Source: Felis catus (Eukaryota). From it: DNA of 64,000 nucleotides. The stretch is taken from NCBI RefSeq assembly GCF_018350175.1, contig NC_058368.1, positions 125,304,001-125,368,000 of the forward strand, read 5' to 3'. The notes beneath the pieces were generated by a model. It was given only the letters and a program-made list of their open reading frames with translations, searched no databases and was not told the DNA's origin. This document shows positions 38,318 to 51,169 of this stretch, piece by piece; positions within the stretch are counted from its first letter, which is position 1, and every line of letters starts with the position of its first letter. Made by a program: the position numbers and the translations under genes.

Positions 38318-39460
38318 CAGCAACTTCTTACTCAACATGTCTCCAGAGGCAAGGGAAACAAAAGCAAAAATGAACTCTTGGGACCTCATCAACATAAAAA
38401 GCTTCTGCACAGTGAAGGAAACAATCAGGAAAACTAAAAGGCAACTGAGAGTATGGGAGAAAATATTTGTAAATGACATATCAGATAAAGGGTTAGTATC
38501 CAAAATCTATAAAGAACTTATCAAACTCAACACCCAAAAACCAAATAATCCAGTGAAGAAATGGGCGAAAGACATGAATAGATACTTCTCCAAGGAAGAC
38601 ATCCAGATGGCCAACCGACACATGAAAAAATGCTCAACATCACTCATCATCAGGGAAATACATGAGATACTACCTCACACCTGTCAGAATGGCTATTAAC
38701 AACTCAGGCAAAAACAGATGTTGGTGAGGATGCAGAGAAAGAGGATCTTTTTTGCACTGCTGGTGGGAATGCAAACTGGTGCAGCCACTCTGGAAAACAG
38801 TATGGAGGTTCCACAAAAAATTAAAATTAGAACTACCCTATGACCCAGCAGTTGCACTGCTAGGTATTTTTCCAAGGGATGCAGGTATGCTGTTTCGAAG
38901 GGGCACATGCACCCCAATGTTTATAACAGCACCATCAACAATAGCCAAAGTATGGAAAGAGCCCAAATGTCCATGGATGAATGGATAAAGAAGGTGTGGT
39001 ATATATGTATATATATATACAATGTATATATATACATATATACATATATATATGTATATATTGTACATATGTACAATATATATATATACAATGTAGTATT
39101 ACTTGGCAATCAAAAAGAATGAAATCTTGCCATTTGCAACTATGTGGATGGAACTAGAAGGTATCATGCTTAGTGAAATTAGTCAGAGAAAGACAAAAAT
39201 CATATGACTTCACTCATATGAGGACTTTAAGACACAAAGCAGATGAACACAAGGGAAGGGAAGCAAAAATAATATAAAAAACAGGGAGGGGGACAAAACA
39301 TAAGAGATTCTTAAATATGGAGAACAAATAGAGGGTTACTGGAGGGGTTGTGGGAGGGGGAATGGGCTAAATGGGTAAAAGGCATTAAGGAATCTACTCC
39401 TGAAATCATTGTTGCATTATATGCTAACTTGGATGTAAATTAAAAAATAACTAAAAAAAA
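38318..39460 (+). mobile_element. 5'-truncated carnivore L1 (ORF2 C-terminus + 3'UTR + A tail)
   Basis: ORF 38229-38699 contains [30 protein letters not shown] and ORF 38752 contains [17 protein letters not shown] aaataa(c/t)gtagctta. Confidence 0.97.
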
Positions 39461-39576
39461 TAATGTAGCTTAGTTTATTAAAGGGGAGACATTTTACTAA
39501 TCTTTGTCACCTAGGAGAATGTCATCAAAGGCATATTCATCTCCATTTCCTGTTTTGGAGTTAAGGGTTTTGTTCC

Positions 39577-39786
39577 TTTTTTTTTTTAATGTTTATTTAA
39601 TTTTGAGAGAGAGAGAGAGCATATGATCAAGGGTGGGGCAGAGAGAGAGGGAGACAGAAGATCCGAGGCAAACTCCACACTGTCAGCACAGAGCCTGACG
39701 TGGAGCTCAAACCCATGAGCTGTGAGATCATGACCTGTGCTGGAATCAAGCATCAGACTGAGCCAACTGAGCTACCCAGGTGTCCT
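39577..39786 (-). mobile_element. CanSINE
   Basis: TSD gggttttgttc. Confidence 0.94.
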
Positions 39787-39814
39787 GGGTTTTGTTCTCC
39801 CAGGAGGTTTGGTG

Positions 39815-40666
39815 GTGCCTTTGTCAGCTAGAGTTGCAATAACAAAATACCACAGACAAGGTGGCTTAAACCACAGGCATTTATGTCTCACAGTTCTGGA
39901 GGCCAGATGTCCAAGGTCAGGGTACCAGCATGGGTGGGTTCTGTTGAGAACACTCTTCCTGGCTTACAGTTAGCCTCTTTTTTTAAATTTTTCTTTAAAT
40001 TTTCTTTTTAAAATTAGTCTGACTGACTAATTTCGCTTAGCATAATACCTTCTAGTTCCATCCACATAGTTGCAAATGGCAAGATTTCATTCTTTTTGAT
40101 TGCCAAGTAATACCCCATTGTATGTATATATACCACATCTTCTTTATCCATTCATCCATCCATGGACATTTGAACTCTTTCCATATTTTGGTGATTGTTG
40201 ATGGTGCTGTTATAAACATTTGGGTGCATGTGCCCCTTCGAAACAGCACACCTGTATCCCTTGGATGAATACCTAGTAGTGTCATTGCTGGGTCATAGTG
40301 TAGCTCTCTTTTTAATTTTTTGTGGAACCTCCATACTGTTTTCCAGAGTGGCTGCACCAGTTTGCATTCCCACCAGCAGTGCAAAAGAGATCCTCTTTCT
40401 CCGCATCCTCGCCAACATCTGTTGTTGCCTGAGTTGTTAATGTTAGCCATGCAGATAGCCTCTTTCTATGGCTACCTTGTACCTGTAACTTCATGTGTGG
40501 GGACGGAGAGAGAGCTTGGGCCTTGTCTCTTTTTGTAAGGGCACTAATCCCATCAGGGCCCCCACCCTCATGACCTCATGTAAACCTAATCACGCCCCAA
40601 TACCATCAAATTGGAGGTTAGGGCTTCAGCATATGAATTTTAGGGGCATAAAAACAGAACATAACA
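39815..40666 (-). mobile_element. MLT1A-type LTR interrupted by L1
   Basis: aacaaaataccacagac..ggtggcttaaac...ctcacagttctggaggc...gttagggcttcagcatatgaatttt...cataaca. Confidence 0.88.
39978..40451 (-). mobile_element. Short L1 insertion (ORF2 end) with most of the 3'UTR missing
   Basis: ORF 40052-40450 contains [30 protein letters not shown] cag(t/a)tagcctcttt. Confidence 0.95.
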
Positions 40667-41183
40667 GGGAGATTTTGCATCACTGAGAAGAGTGCTGGCA
40701 GATTAGCTAGAGTTTCATGGGGAAGGGGCAGTTGTGGGGAAGGGGAGAGGAAGAATCAGAAGGGAGGAAGGTGGAGGGGAGGGGAAGAAGTCAACCTCTC
40801 CTGCCATCTTCTGTATGCAGGCGCTGCACTAGCAATTGTGTTAGTAGTCAGATAATCGTCACCACTACCCTGTGAGGTGTAGGGACAATCCTCATTTACC
40901 TCAGCTATGTTTTAATACTCTTTGGCACATATTAAATCTTTAATTTAATAAGAGTTGGAGGAAAGGGATGGCTTTTGTGACCATAGGATGCTAGAGGCCT
41001 TTTTGCCTCTACCTTTTTCACTGACTGGAAGGTATTCTTCCCCCCCTTCCTCGCTCCATCCTGTCTCCAGCTCCACTTTATCACTTCTATCCTCTAATCA
41101 TCTCTACTTATAAAGACCTAGTTCAGCCTTCCCGACTTGTTATCTCTCTTTTAATATAAATAAATAAATATTAAAAAAGATAA

Positions 41184-41385
41184 AGGGGTACCTGGGTGGC
41201 TCAGTCGGTTAAGTGTCAGACTCTTGATTGCGACTCAGGTCATGATCTCACAGTGAGATCGAGCCCTGAGTGGGGCTCTGTTCTGAGTGCAGAGCCTCCT
41301 TGGGATTCTCTCTCTCCTCCTTTTTCTCTGCCCCTCTCCCACTTATTCTCTTCCTCCCAATATAAGTAAATAAACATTAAAAAAA
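41184..41385 (+). mobile_element. CanSINE
   Basis: ggggtacctgggtggctcagtcggttaag head and tail. Confidence 0.93.
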
Positions 41386-41477
41386 GCGCCAATTTCAGGT
41401 TCCAAGTGGATTTCTCTGTCACCCTCTCTAGGAGTCATAGATCATAGCCTCGTGCATGGTTTCAATCTTCCATTCAC

Positions 41478-42058
41478 GTGGAAGAGGTTTCCCCAGCTTG
41501 GGGACTCATTATATTGGCCATGTCTTTTTATTTTATGCATTTTCCATGCTTTGACATCTGGGGCCTTGCAGAGGCTAGGACTGCCCCTCTCAGGGTTAGC
41601 CAATGCCTAGAGATAGGGAGTGATGAGCCTACTAGTGTCTTTTATTTGCAAACCAGCAGATATAGAGCCCACCCCTCAACTACCTCCTTTATGGAGCTGT
41701 GATATCCCAGGCCACTGTCTGCTTGCTCACATGTCCTCAGGGCTGGGTACCAGGCAAGAAAGGGCAGCCCCTGTGCCATACAGGCTATGGAAATCATTCA
41801 AGCTATCCAGCCTTAAGCCTCATCATCTTGCCTGCAGCTCTCAATCCTTCCTGTGGAAACTATAGTTAAGGCTTTTGCCCCCATTTCCCTCCCCCCTCTC
41901 TCCCATCTACCTCCTGACTCACTGGTGCTTTCCTGGGTGACCCCCTTGGCCAGGCATGCCCAGCCCTTTGGGATCTAAGTATAACACACTATTTTTTCAC
42001 TGACATTCATCTCCTGATCTATAGGTCTTACTACACCTGAAAAACAAGAAACCCTACA
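41478..42058 (+). mobile_element. MER74-family ERVL LTR
   Basis: tttgacatctggggccttgc...gactgcccctctcagggttagccaatgcctagagatag...tgcaaacc. Confidence 0.7.
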
Positions 42059-42270
42059 TTTTATTAGCTTATTTTTTATTGAGGCATAATCAACATACCA
42101 TATTATATTAGTTTCAGGTCTACCATGTAATGATCTGATATTTGTATGTATTGCAAAATGTTCACCACAATGAGTCTAGTTAACATCCATCACCATATTG
42201 GATTTTTGTGTGTGTGTGCTGAGAACTTTTAACATCTACACTTTTACCAACTTTCACATATTGAAACAAG
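42059..42270 (-). mobile_element. L1MA/Carn 3' end
   Basis: attatattagtttcaggt...caccacaatgagtctagttaacatccatcacc. Confidence 0.8.
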
Positions 42271-42385
42271 GCCACTTCCTTAACAGAGCATCCAGTGTTA
42301 TAGTCACATAGATATTCCCTGTCTTCTGTCCCTGCAAATGTTTGGAACTAATGGTAGTAGCCTCTGCTCTACTAGAACATTGAAG

Positions 42386-42901
42386 TGTATATTATTACTT
42401 TTTCTTGATACTGTGATATTTTGACATCTTGGCAAGTCTTTCTAGCTGCGGAGAGACTGCCCCTCTGGAAACCAGCGCAGACCCAGAGATAGCAGGGGCT
42501 CAGCAGGACCATGCTTTTGATATGCAAACCAACCAGTCCAGAGGCAACTTCCTCCATCTGGCTCTACATCCCAGGAAGCAGTACACCTCTGCCTTAATTA
42601 TCCCAGGGCCATGTATGAGGCAACTAGGGACAACCCCTATAGCCAAAGCCCACCAAAATTATTCACACTAGCTGATCCCAAACTATCCTTGCCCTGGGAG
42701 GAACCCCAGTAAAGGCCAGGACATAGTTGCTCTCATTACTCCTGTCTTCTGCTTTCTGGCCATGCTAGTGTTTTTCCATGTGATCCCACCTGGTCCCATT
42801 TCTAGGACCTGGGAGTGTAATAGATTTTGTCTTCTTGAGTTCTCTTGTGTCTCCTCCTGTGGCTGTACCTGGCTGATCATCTCATAAAAGAAGATAAAAC
42901 A
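42386..42901 (+). mobile_element. Second MER73/74-family ERVL LTR
   Basis: ttttgacatcttgg...gagactgcccctc...agagatagca...tatgcaaaccaaccagtccagag. Confidence 0.68.
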
Positions 42902-43994
42902 GCTGACCTTGGGGCTTCAGGTTCATACATGCCTGGCTAAAGCTCCTGGGAGAGAGCTCAGGGGACTGGGCCTTCTACTACTACTCTGCTTGCCATCCCC
43001 TCACCCCCCACCATAAACCCTGTTTTCTGTTTGTACCATGCATCATAAGTGCTGTGTGTCCATGACCCCTTTGTTAAACAGTTTCCCAACTGGGCATAAG
43101 CCACTCCTGCGTTTAAGGATGAAGTGACTTCTGTGATGACAGGGAGTTAATTTAATCCTCTGATAGATTGTGGACTAATTACAAGTGGTGGAATCATTGC
43201 TTTCTTCCCACCTAATAAATATTCCATGAATAATTGAAGCTTATTGAATTAGTTGGGCCACAAAGGCTTCCTCCTTCTTCGTTGGGAATGCAGCCAGAGC
43301 TGTGTTTAAAAGACATGTGCACAAGTGCTCATGCTAAACAAATTCCCTGGGAGAGAGAAAGCAGAGGAGTTAGAAAGGCAGAGAAAAGCAGAAAGCAGCA
43401 CCAGAGGGAAGAAAAATACCAAAGCTTCAGTAGTTTATACAAAAGGAATGGCGATACATTCCCCATGAGAATGAGATGATGCTATTTGTGCCTTTATCTA
43501 TCCTGTTTCTTTTTGTGATTCAACTGAAAGAAATGAATAATGTGGGGAGGGTGGGAAAGCTGATAGAAATTGAGAGTTTGATACCTTGGTGTTGTGATGC
43601 TGCCTTTGTCTTTCTTTTCTGACTGCCAACGAGAGCAGCCTCTCCTGTCTACTGGAGAAACAGAACTTGTTTCCACTCAGCCTAAACAGCTGGGACCAGA
43701 GATAAGGTGCAGAGTTTTCTTATTGGCTCAGCAGCCTGTGCCTTTTCAGTTAGTGCAGCCAACTTGTGTGGGAGACATGGGAGATAGAGAGTGAACATCT
43801 GCTCTGTTTCCAACAGTGGAGGCAGACCACAAGGGCAGACTGCGTGGAGCTTGTGTTCTGCTTTCTCTCTGAGAGAGGAGGACCATCTCAGAGGCAGTCC
43901 TGTGAGTGGAGAAGAGAGAGAGCTCTGGACAAAGACCACCTGGGTGCAAATCTTGCCCATTCGGTGACTCCAAGTCCTTGGGCAAATTACACCA

Positions 43995-44266
43995 TATACA
44001 TGCCAAGTAGAGTTCTGAGTGCTGAAGATAGAGTCTGTACAGAGGGACTTTGATTCTAATAGGGAAGATACCAGGTCTAAGAACAGGTAAAGAGAAAGCA
44101 AACGAATAGCAAATTATAATACATATTACAAAGGAAATGCAGGGGCTGAGAGACTGATGGTGAGGAAGGTGGGGAAGATAATCAAGTTGGCCATGTTCCT
44201 ACAGTCAGGGGACTCATGTCCTAGTGGGGGTCTCTCTCTCTCTGTCTCTCTCTCTGTCTCTCTCTG

Positions 44267-44307
<41 letters not shown>

Positions 44308-44715
44308 ATGAAAAGTTATAAAAGAAATAAAGAAGAGCCTGAGAGAGAGAAAGAAAGAAGAAAGGCAGCGGCACGTGGGTGGATGAATCTACTTTATGTG
44401 GGTTTCAGTGAGGTCAGGGGTGGCCTCTAAGGAGGTGACACCTAAGGCAGTAAAAGATGAGACAGCACTTGCTCTACAGCAATGGGAGAACATTCTGATT
44501 CCAAGGGCAGCAAGAATAGCCTATACAAAGGCCCTGAGTTGGAGCTCTAGAGGAAGTGGCAGAAACCCAGTGTGTCTGGAGTGTCTGACGCAGGATGAAG
44601 CCAGGGAACCTGCTGGAGGCCTCCTCACACATGGCCATGTAGGCTCTGATAGTGATTTTGGATTCTCCCCTAAGTGCAGAAGAAGGTATTTTAGGCAGGG
44701 AAATGACACAAGCCA
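43995..44715 (-). mobile_element. L2 fragments
   Basis: aaaggccctgag...gattttggattctc...ttttaggcagggaaatgaca. Confidence 0.5.
44229..44306. repeat. (CT)n(CA)n compound microsatellite
   Basis: Directly visible. Confidence 0.95.
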
Positions 44716-44716
44716 G

Positions 44717-44719
<3 letters not shown>

Positions 44720-44761
<42 letters not shown>
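44720..44761. repeat. (GT)n microsatellite
   Basis: Directly visible. Confidence 0.97.
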
Positions 44762-44763
<2 letters not shown>

Positions 44764-44780
44764 GAGGTTCATGTCAGTTA

Positions 44781-44845
44781 TTTTTTTTTAGTATTATTTT
44801 ATTTTATTATTTATTTACTTATAATTTACATCCAAGTTGGTTAGC
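44781..44845 (-). mobile_element. Very short L1 3' tail
   Basis: T-rich tail plus aatttacatccaagttggttagc, the reverse of the L1 end at about 39420-39445. Confidence 0.7.
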
Positions 44846-46139
44846 TGTGTACACAAAGGCACAAAATAGAGCAGTGAAACATAATTTTGATGTCACTGAA
44901 GCAAATATCCATCTTGGCAGAATGGAGACAATCCAGTAATTTTAAAGGACCTTGGGTCCTTAAGAAAGGCGGTCACCCACAGGTAGTTGGAGACATGTTC
45001 CATGTATTACTGAGATATGTGCAAAAGGTCTAACTGTAATAGGACAAGTGACCAACCAGAGGAAGGTAAGAATTCCCAAATCCCTTAGAATAAATGAAAC
45101 AAATTTCAAAGAAGCAAGGAGTTGGTGTCACTGATTGACAGTCCTTTTTCCTTCTTAGTAGTACATAAAGAAATGGTGTGTCTTACAAATTGCTGGCATC
45201 TTAGATTCATTGAAATCCTGTATTTCCTAGAATGCCATTTCCTGATTTCTAGCCCATGTATCGACTCCAGTCTTACCTTTCCAGCAGATTTACAGAGAAA
45301 CAAAGCATGGCAGTTATCCTCACATTGGTGGAAGATGTGTTTCTCGACATCCCTATTCCCAGCGTCTGATCCCATATACCACAACAGTTTTTATATTGAG
45401 GCTTGATGAGTTATCAAACCTCTAGAGAGGTCCATAGGCTCCCCAAGTGCTTGGAGAGGAAATTGCTACCTGGAGGGACAGTTCTCCTTAGCTGGGGTAA
45501 TTCGACATTTTATACCTACAAGTCTTGATGGAATAACTGAGAATAGGTCTTAAACTATGATTCTAAGAAGAAATCAGGCTTCAATCAAATAAAAATTCAG
45601 TAAAATAGGAACATGTGACCTACAGCATTGCTGCTATTTTTGTTCAGGATCCTGATGGCCAAGACCACAGTGTCAGATGGCCTTGCTGGGGAAGCTGGTA
45701 CAGAGGCTCCTCAGATGGAGATGATGGACGCATAGCACTTTATTTAAGTAGAGTTGAAGTTGCGTAAACAGATCTATTTCCCCAAATGAAAATAAGCATG
45801 ATCTGCTCATGTATATGTATAAAAGGTAATGCTGCTTTTCAAATACGATCTTCCCCACATGATGTCCTCATGGATAAATGGCTTAAGTGTGGTCTCTGTG
45901 AAGATGAGTTTAGAACTCTGTCCTCAGAGTTGAAAAGAAACTAACTTAAGTAACATCTAGAGGTCTGTTAAAGGGCCATGTACATAAAGGTAGGAATCAG
46001 AATCAGAGATGGATGGAGAAACTATGGAGGTGGAGATTTTATTTTCAAGATAGTTCAGGTGCTGTGCCAGGTATCCCGCTTTTGTTTCCTGGTCGTTCCC
46101 ACCTCCCTCATTCTCTATGATTTTGTTTTTTTCTCCAAC

Positions 46140-46564
46140 TGGCTCTGCTCTGAAAGTTGACCTGTGTGGATTCCACAAAGTGTCTCTCTTTCTTTTGGCT
46201 TCCAGTTATGTCTGCTCAATGCAGAGCCCAGAGGATCAGAAGAGAGGGATGGATGAGGCCCAGGACTCCTCCTCCTGGTTCCCCACTGCGAGGTCACCTA
46301 AAATGGCCATAGCCATCTGTGGAATCATAGCTGTTCTCAAGTCGTGGTCTCTCCACATTCTCTACTTTTAGGTTCCGGTGCCTTCTCCTTCCCTTCCCCT
46401 CTTTAGACCTCGTCAGTAACAGTTTGGCTACTAATAAGTTGCAAGTTACTTCCTTGTCCCTGCGGCTCTCCTATATCCACACCACAGCTTTGTGAATAAA
46501 TCCTCCTTATGTTATCTTGACTTCAAGTGTTCCATCTGCTTCCTGCAGAACCCTGATGGTGACA
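46140..46564 (+). mobile_element. LTR33-like ERVL LTR
   Basis: ggcttccagtt...cttgtccc...ctttgtgaataaatcc...ccatctgcttcctgcagaaccctgatggtgaCA. Confidence 0.65.
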
Positions 46565-47130
46565 GGTCCAGATACTTCTATTTTCATGGGGAATGTTGTC
46601 CTCTACATTGAAAGTGAGAAATTGGAATTATTCTGGTTCATTTCATTAGCCCTGAATTTCAGGAGATAAATGCAATCTGACCTGATGAGCTACTTCTCTG
46701 ACCCTTTCTGGGTGTCCAGAAGTTTGGATGAGTTTAGACCATTGATTTTTGGGGTTTTGGAGCTCTAGGTCTGGGACAAGGAGGCTGACTTATTTGGAAA
46801 GTGATGTGTTGGCTTTAGTGTTCATCTGAATAAAATAGGTTAGTGATGACCATTTCCACATCTCTTACTCTTTAGCTTCTCCAACCCTTCTCAGAATAGC
46901 AAAATCAGAGACAAGTTCAAGCCTGAAAATTAGTGTGGAAAGCTAAAAAATTTTTGTTTCTCCACAGTGGAGCTTGAATAATAGTAAAAACTTGCTGAAT
47001 ATGGAGTTCGGTGAATTTGTCTTTCTAAAGAGAATTAAACTTTAAGATTTTGTAGTTATAATTGCAAGGGATACCCAAGGGGGCAGTAGGGTTTCTGTGG
47101 ATAGTTGTTGAGGATGTGTACTGATACCTG

Positions 47131-47195
47131 CAGGGGGCACCATTCATACACACTATTATGCAGTGCACAACCTGCACAAATGTGTGCAGTAGCCC
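47131..47195. mobile_element. MER91-like hAT fragment
   Basis: gggggcaccattca...gtgcacaacctgcacaa...gcagtagccc. Confidence 0.55.
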
Positions 47196-47449
47196 ACGGA
47201 GGGGCCATAATGACCTTCAGTGCTGATGTGACACAATTCAGGTGGAGCTGAAGTATTGTCCACACTGCCTTTGGCCCTTCTGCAATTTAAGCTTATGCCT
47301 TAACTTCAAATATCTAATTTATGGTATGAATTTTGCTTTTATTTTTAGCTCTTTATGTAATATAGCTAAATATTACCCTTAAGATATTTCAGTGTTTGAG
47401 AATGGTAATTTTCAATGGTAAATTAAATTTGAGGAGCACCAGGATGAAG

Positions 47450-47660
47450 AGAAGGAACAGTGGATCTAGTATTTGGAGACCTGGATTCAAAACTTGGCTG
47501 GACATTTATGAACAGGTTCCTTTGGGACTCTCAAAAGCTCAGGTTTCTTAACTGTAAAACAAGATTAATAGTTGTTATTTTGTAGATTTCAATGGATAAA
47601 GAAGATTACATATTTGAAAGAGCCTGACACACAATAAATGCTTGGTAACTATTGGTTTAC
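47450..47660 (+). mobile_element. MIR
   Basis: ggagacctggattcaaa...ctcaggtttcttaactgtaaaa...aataaatgcttggtaa. Confidence 0.65.
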
Positions 47661-48479
47661 TCTTATGGCAAAGCCCATAAAAGAGAAATAGCTTCTTATA
47701 ATGCTGTTATATATAAGCTTTTAGAAAGACATGCCAGTTTAAAAACATCTTCATGCTAGAAGAACTGAGAAGCTTAAGAGGGCCATTCAGTTGGAGTTGA
47801 GGCTGGCTGCAGATAGAATTCAGCTCCAGGGATAGAAGTCTGAAATAACTTAGATCAGAAACTGTTCCTTGGCTTGTGCTTTTCTCTCTAACATCTTGAG
47901 TTTTCCTATCTATTGACAGGGTCATCTGGTGAAAAGGCATTTATCTTTGCATTCAAATGTTTGCACAGCCTCTTTTGTGATTGGAAAAGTCACATAGTTA
48001 GAGCCAGGTTTTTTCACCTTTCTCCTGACTTGGAATTCATCTCATCTATTGATGCTAGATATTGGGGAGGTGATATTTAAACAAAAGCATGGTCCTTCCT
48101 ATCAAGATATTGGGGTATCCTCAGTGTATAGATGCTCTCAAACACAGTATGTGTGAGGTCCAAAAAGAAAAATAAGGTAAAACCATTGGGTGAGGTCCCC
48201 AGGGATGGTCACCTCTGCAGTAGACTCTGGTTTGCTGGCTTGGTGATCTCAACTCCGCTGGTCATGTGTCTTGAACATTGTTTTCTATTGTGATAGGATT
48301 GGGGAATGGGAGGTGAAGGATGTTACAGAGAAGGGTTTGATTTGAAAAGGGCCACCATCTATTCCGCTAATAAATGACTCCTGATTATTAAAGCCAAATT
48401 TTTCCATCTTTTGTGATTCCAAGAGTCAAAACAAGCAAGGAGGATGAGTTCCAGTAACAAAAAGGGTATCCTACATTTG

Positions 48480-48695
48480 TATAATGCTTTGTATTCTGGA
48501 AAGCAGCTTTGCCTCTGTAGTCTTATTTGACCCTCATATAAACCCAATGAGGTGGTTTGGAAGGCATTATTTTCTTTATATTTTACAGCTGTGGAATCCC
48601 ACAAGATATTAAATGTCTCACCATGATGTCATAGCATGTAAATGATAGAGTCCAGGTCTCCTGGGTCCTACTCTAGTATTTTTTTTATATTATAC
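48480..48695 (-). mobile_element. MIR
   Basis: cctcatataaacccaatgagg...attttacagctgtggaatc. Confidence 0.6.
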
Positions 48696-49182
48696 TGAAT
48701 CATCTTGAGCATTCATATTCTTCTTAAAATAATTTAAATGAAGATTTAATGCTTATGTAATATGTGCACGTGATTTAAAATTCAGAAAGGTATAATAGAT
48801 ATGGAATGAAAAGTAATTCTTCCTTTTTTCCACTCCTTCAGCAATGTATTGACCCTTTCTGGATGTAGTTGCCATGCCTTGTTATATGTTCCTTTGGTGA
48901 TAGTCTGTGAATTTATGAGTGTAACTGTGTATCTCTCCCCTTTCTCCAAGGACTTAAAAAATAAGGAAAACTCTAAGGAAGTTTTCCTGGAGAAGTCAGG
49001 AAATGATCTTACTTGGAGTTTATGAAAAATATAGCTGATCTTTGTAGTTTACCTTTTGAGGGGTCTGAATGGTCCATTTTAGCTTTACAAATATAAAAGA
49101 CAATAGCTTTGCACTATAGATCTTGAAAGTAATTGAGACACATTTTAAAGAAGTCCTTACTGTGAAACTTTTTCCTCAAATG

Positions 49183-49440
49183 ATAGTAATAATAATAATA
49201 ATAGTAATAATAATAGTTATTAAGAGACTTACTAAATGCCAATTACTATTCTAAGTACTTTTTGTGTAGTATTTACTCTCATGCTACTATGATAAAGGTA
49301 CTATTATTATCTATTTTTACAGCTGAGAAAACTGAGTCTCAGAAAAGTGAAGTAATTTTCCCAAGGACACACATATAGTAAATATTTGAAAAGGTATTCA
49401 AAACCTGACCCCAAAGTGCACATTCTTAACCATTTTATCA
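49183..49440 (-). mobile_element. MIR with (AAT)n tail
   Basis: ttttacagctgagaaaactgagtctcagaaaagtgaagtaattttcccaagg. Confidence 0.78.
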
Positions 49441-50148
49441 GTGTGAAGAAAATAATTCTTGAAAGTTGAATAGCTCCTGGGAAATATTCCATTTAGAAAG
49501 GAGGAATAGTTGGATAGCTTGCCCTTTTCACTCTTGGCTTACTTCTGTTGTTAAGGTTATCACTTAGTCTTGGTCTGTTTTTGCTTTCTATCTGAAGTCT
49601 TTCTCATTTCCTGCCTAAAATTATGATTGAGAATATGGAATTTGCTTTCTGGTTCATAAGGTAATTTCCTATATTCCTTTACAATCTCTAAACTAGGGCT
49701 CTAAGAGCTTTCTTATTAGTGCTTGACAATGTTTTCTAGGACTTGAAGTAATCTAGTTGGGACTTGAGAAATGGCAGTCGGAGAAAGCCGCCTAATGTAA
49801 CAGAACTTTGGGTCCTTCCATACCGAGTCTTAGAGTTACCTTCCCTAATAAAGCTTCACTATTCCTCAATGTAGCAATGTATCAGCTCTCCTGATAGGGT
49901 CCTGAACAAGGTATATAATCTTGTTCTCTAATTATCTGAGATTAAGGGCAAGGCTGGTTTTTCCTAATCTGTTGCACACTGATGCTAACGTTCAGTTCAC
50001 TCCACGTGAAAGTCACCAGGTGAGTCCCACACCTGAACTGTTCTGCTCCTTATTCAACAAGGTGAGTCCACAGATAGTGCACTTGGATGTCATGTTATTG
50101 TCAACCTGCTTTAGAATTTATAGGTGCTGGCTCTCTTTGCAAATCAAC

Positions 50149-50288
50149 AGACACAGAATCTGAAGCAGGCTCCAGACTCTGAGGTGTCAGCACAGAGCCC
50201 AATGCGGGGCTCAAACCCATGAACTGCGAGATCATGACCTGAGCTGAAGTTGGACACTCACCTATAGACTAAGCCACCCGGGCTCCCT
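50149..50288 (-). mobile_element. CanSINE lacking GA tract and tail
   Basis: agacacagaatctgaagcaggc...ccacccggctcccc. Confidence 0.9.
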
Positions 50289-50684
50289 GACAGAACCTAT
50301 CATTTAACTGACATTCTGAAATGTGGTTTGAGGAAAACTGGTTATTTCTTTGAAAAACAGAAATCCTCAATTGAAGTTTCTTTCTCTTAAGTCAGTGAAA
50401 AAATTTCCCCAAATACTATCGATCATTTCTGAGCATTATTAACCCATCAATGGATGCCAGAGACTCTGTAGAGAAGAAAGCCTTTGTGATGTTTTGTTGT
50501 AGTCCTGGATCACTTAGACAATGCAAAAGATCATGAGGCCCAACTGCCTACTCCTGTGAGTGTTGCTGCATATTGTTGTACACTTCCTTCTTACTCATTG
50601 ATAGGTAAGACTAAGTTAAAACTTCATGAGAATTATCTGGAGCTGCTTTTGATGAGAGGCCAAGAAGAAAAATCTCTTCAGGAA

Positions 50685-50832
50685 AGGTTCTCAAGCTATC
50701 ATCTGAGTATTATACAGACAAGATAACTTGGTACTTAAAATAATGCAGATACCAGAGACTGAATCAGAATCTCTAGAGGTGGGTTTGTAGCATCTAAATT
50801 TTTAACAACCTCCCTATGGAGTCTTAAACTTA
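50685..50832. mobile_element. MER5A-like
   Basis: ggttctcaa...actgaatcagaatctct...ttttaacaacctccc...aaaagtttaataaccactg. Confidence 0.7.
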
Positions 50833-51169
50833 TAAAAGTTTAATAACCACTGGCTTGGGGGTGACACTCATTTCAATGTAATCTGTAGGCTCTGCCTATG
50901 TATTTCCAGGTGTTTCTCCAGATACCATTATCCCAAGTATGCTAAAATGAAAGAATTTGTGTCAAAATAACACTGGCAGCAATGAAAAGGCCTAATCTTC
51001 CCAAAAGTCCCAAACATCTCCCTGAAGCTGTCACTATTGATAGGCTCCCAGCTCTGGTTTTCCCTCACTGTTGGCTTCCTCACTTATGGTGCAGCTCCTT
51101 CTGTGCTGGGGTCTGCTTTACCCCTAGTGCACACTACCAGCATTTTCTTGTGAGTCTGTCACGAGCAGG

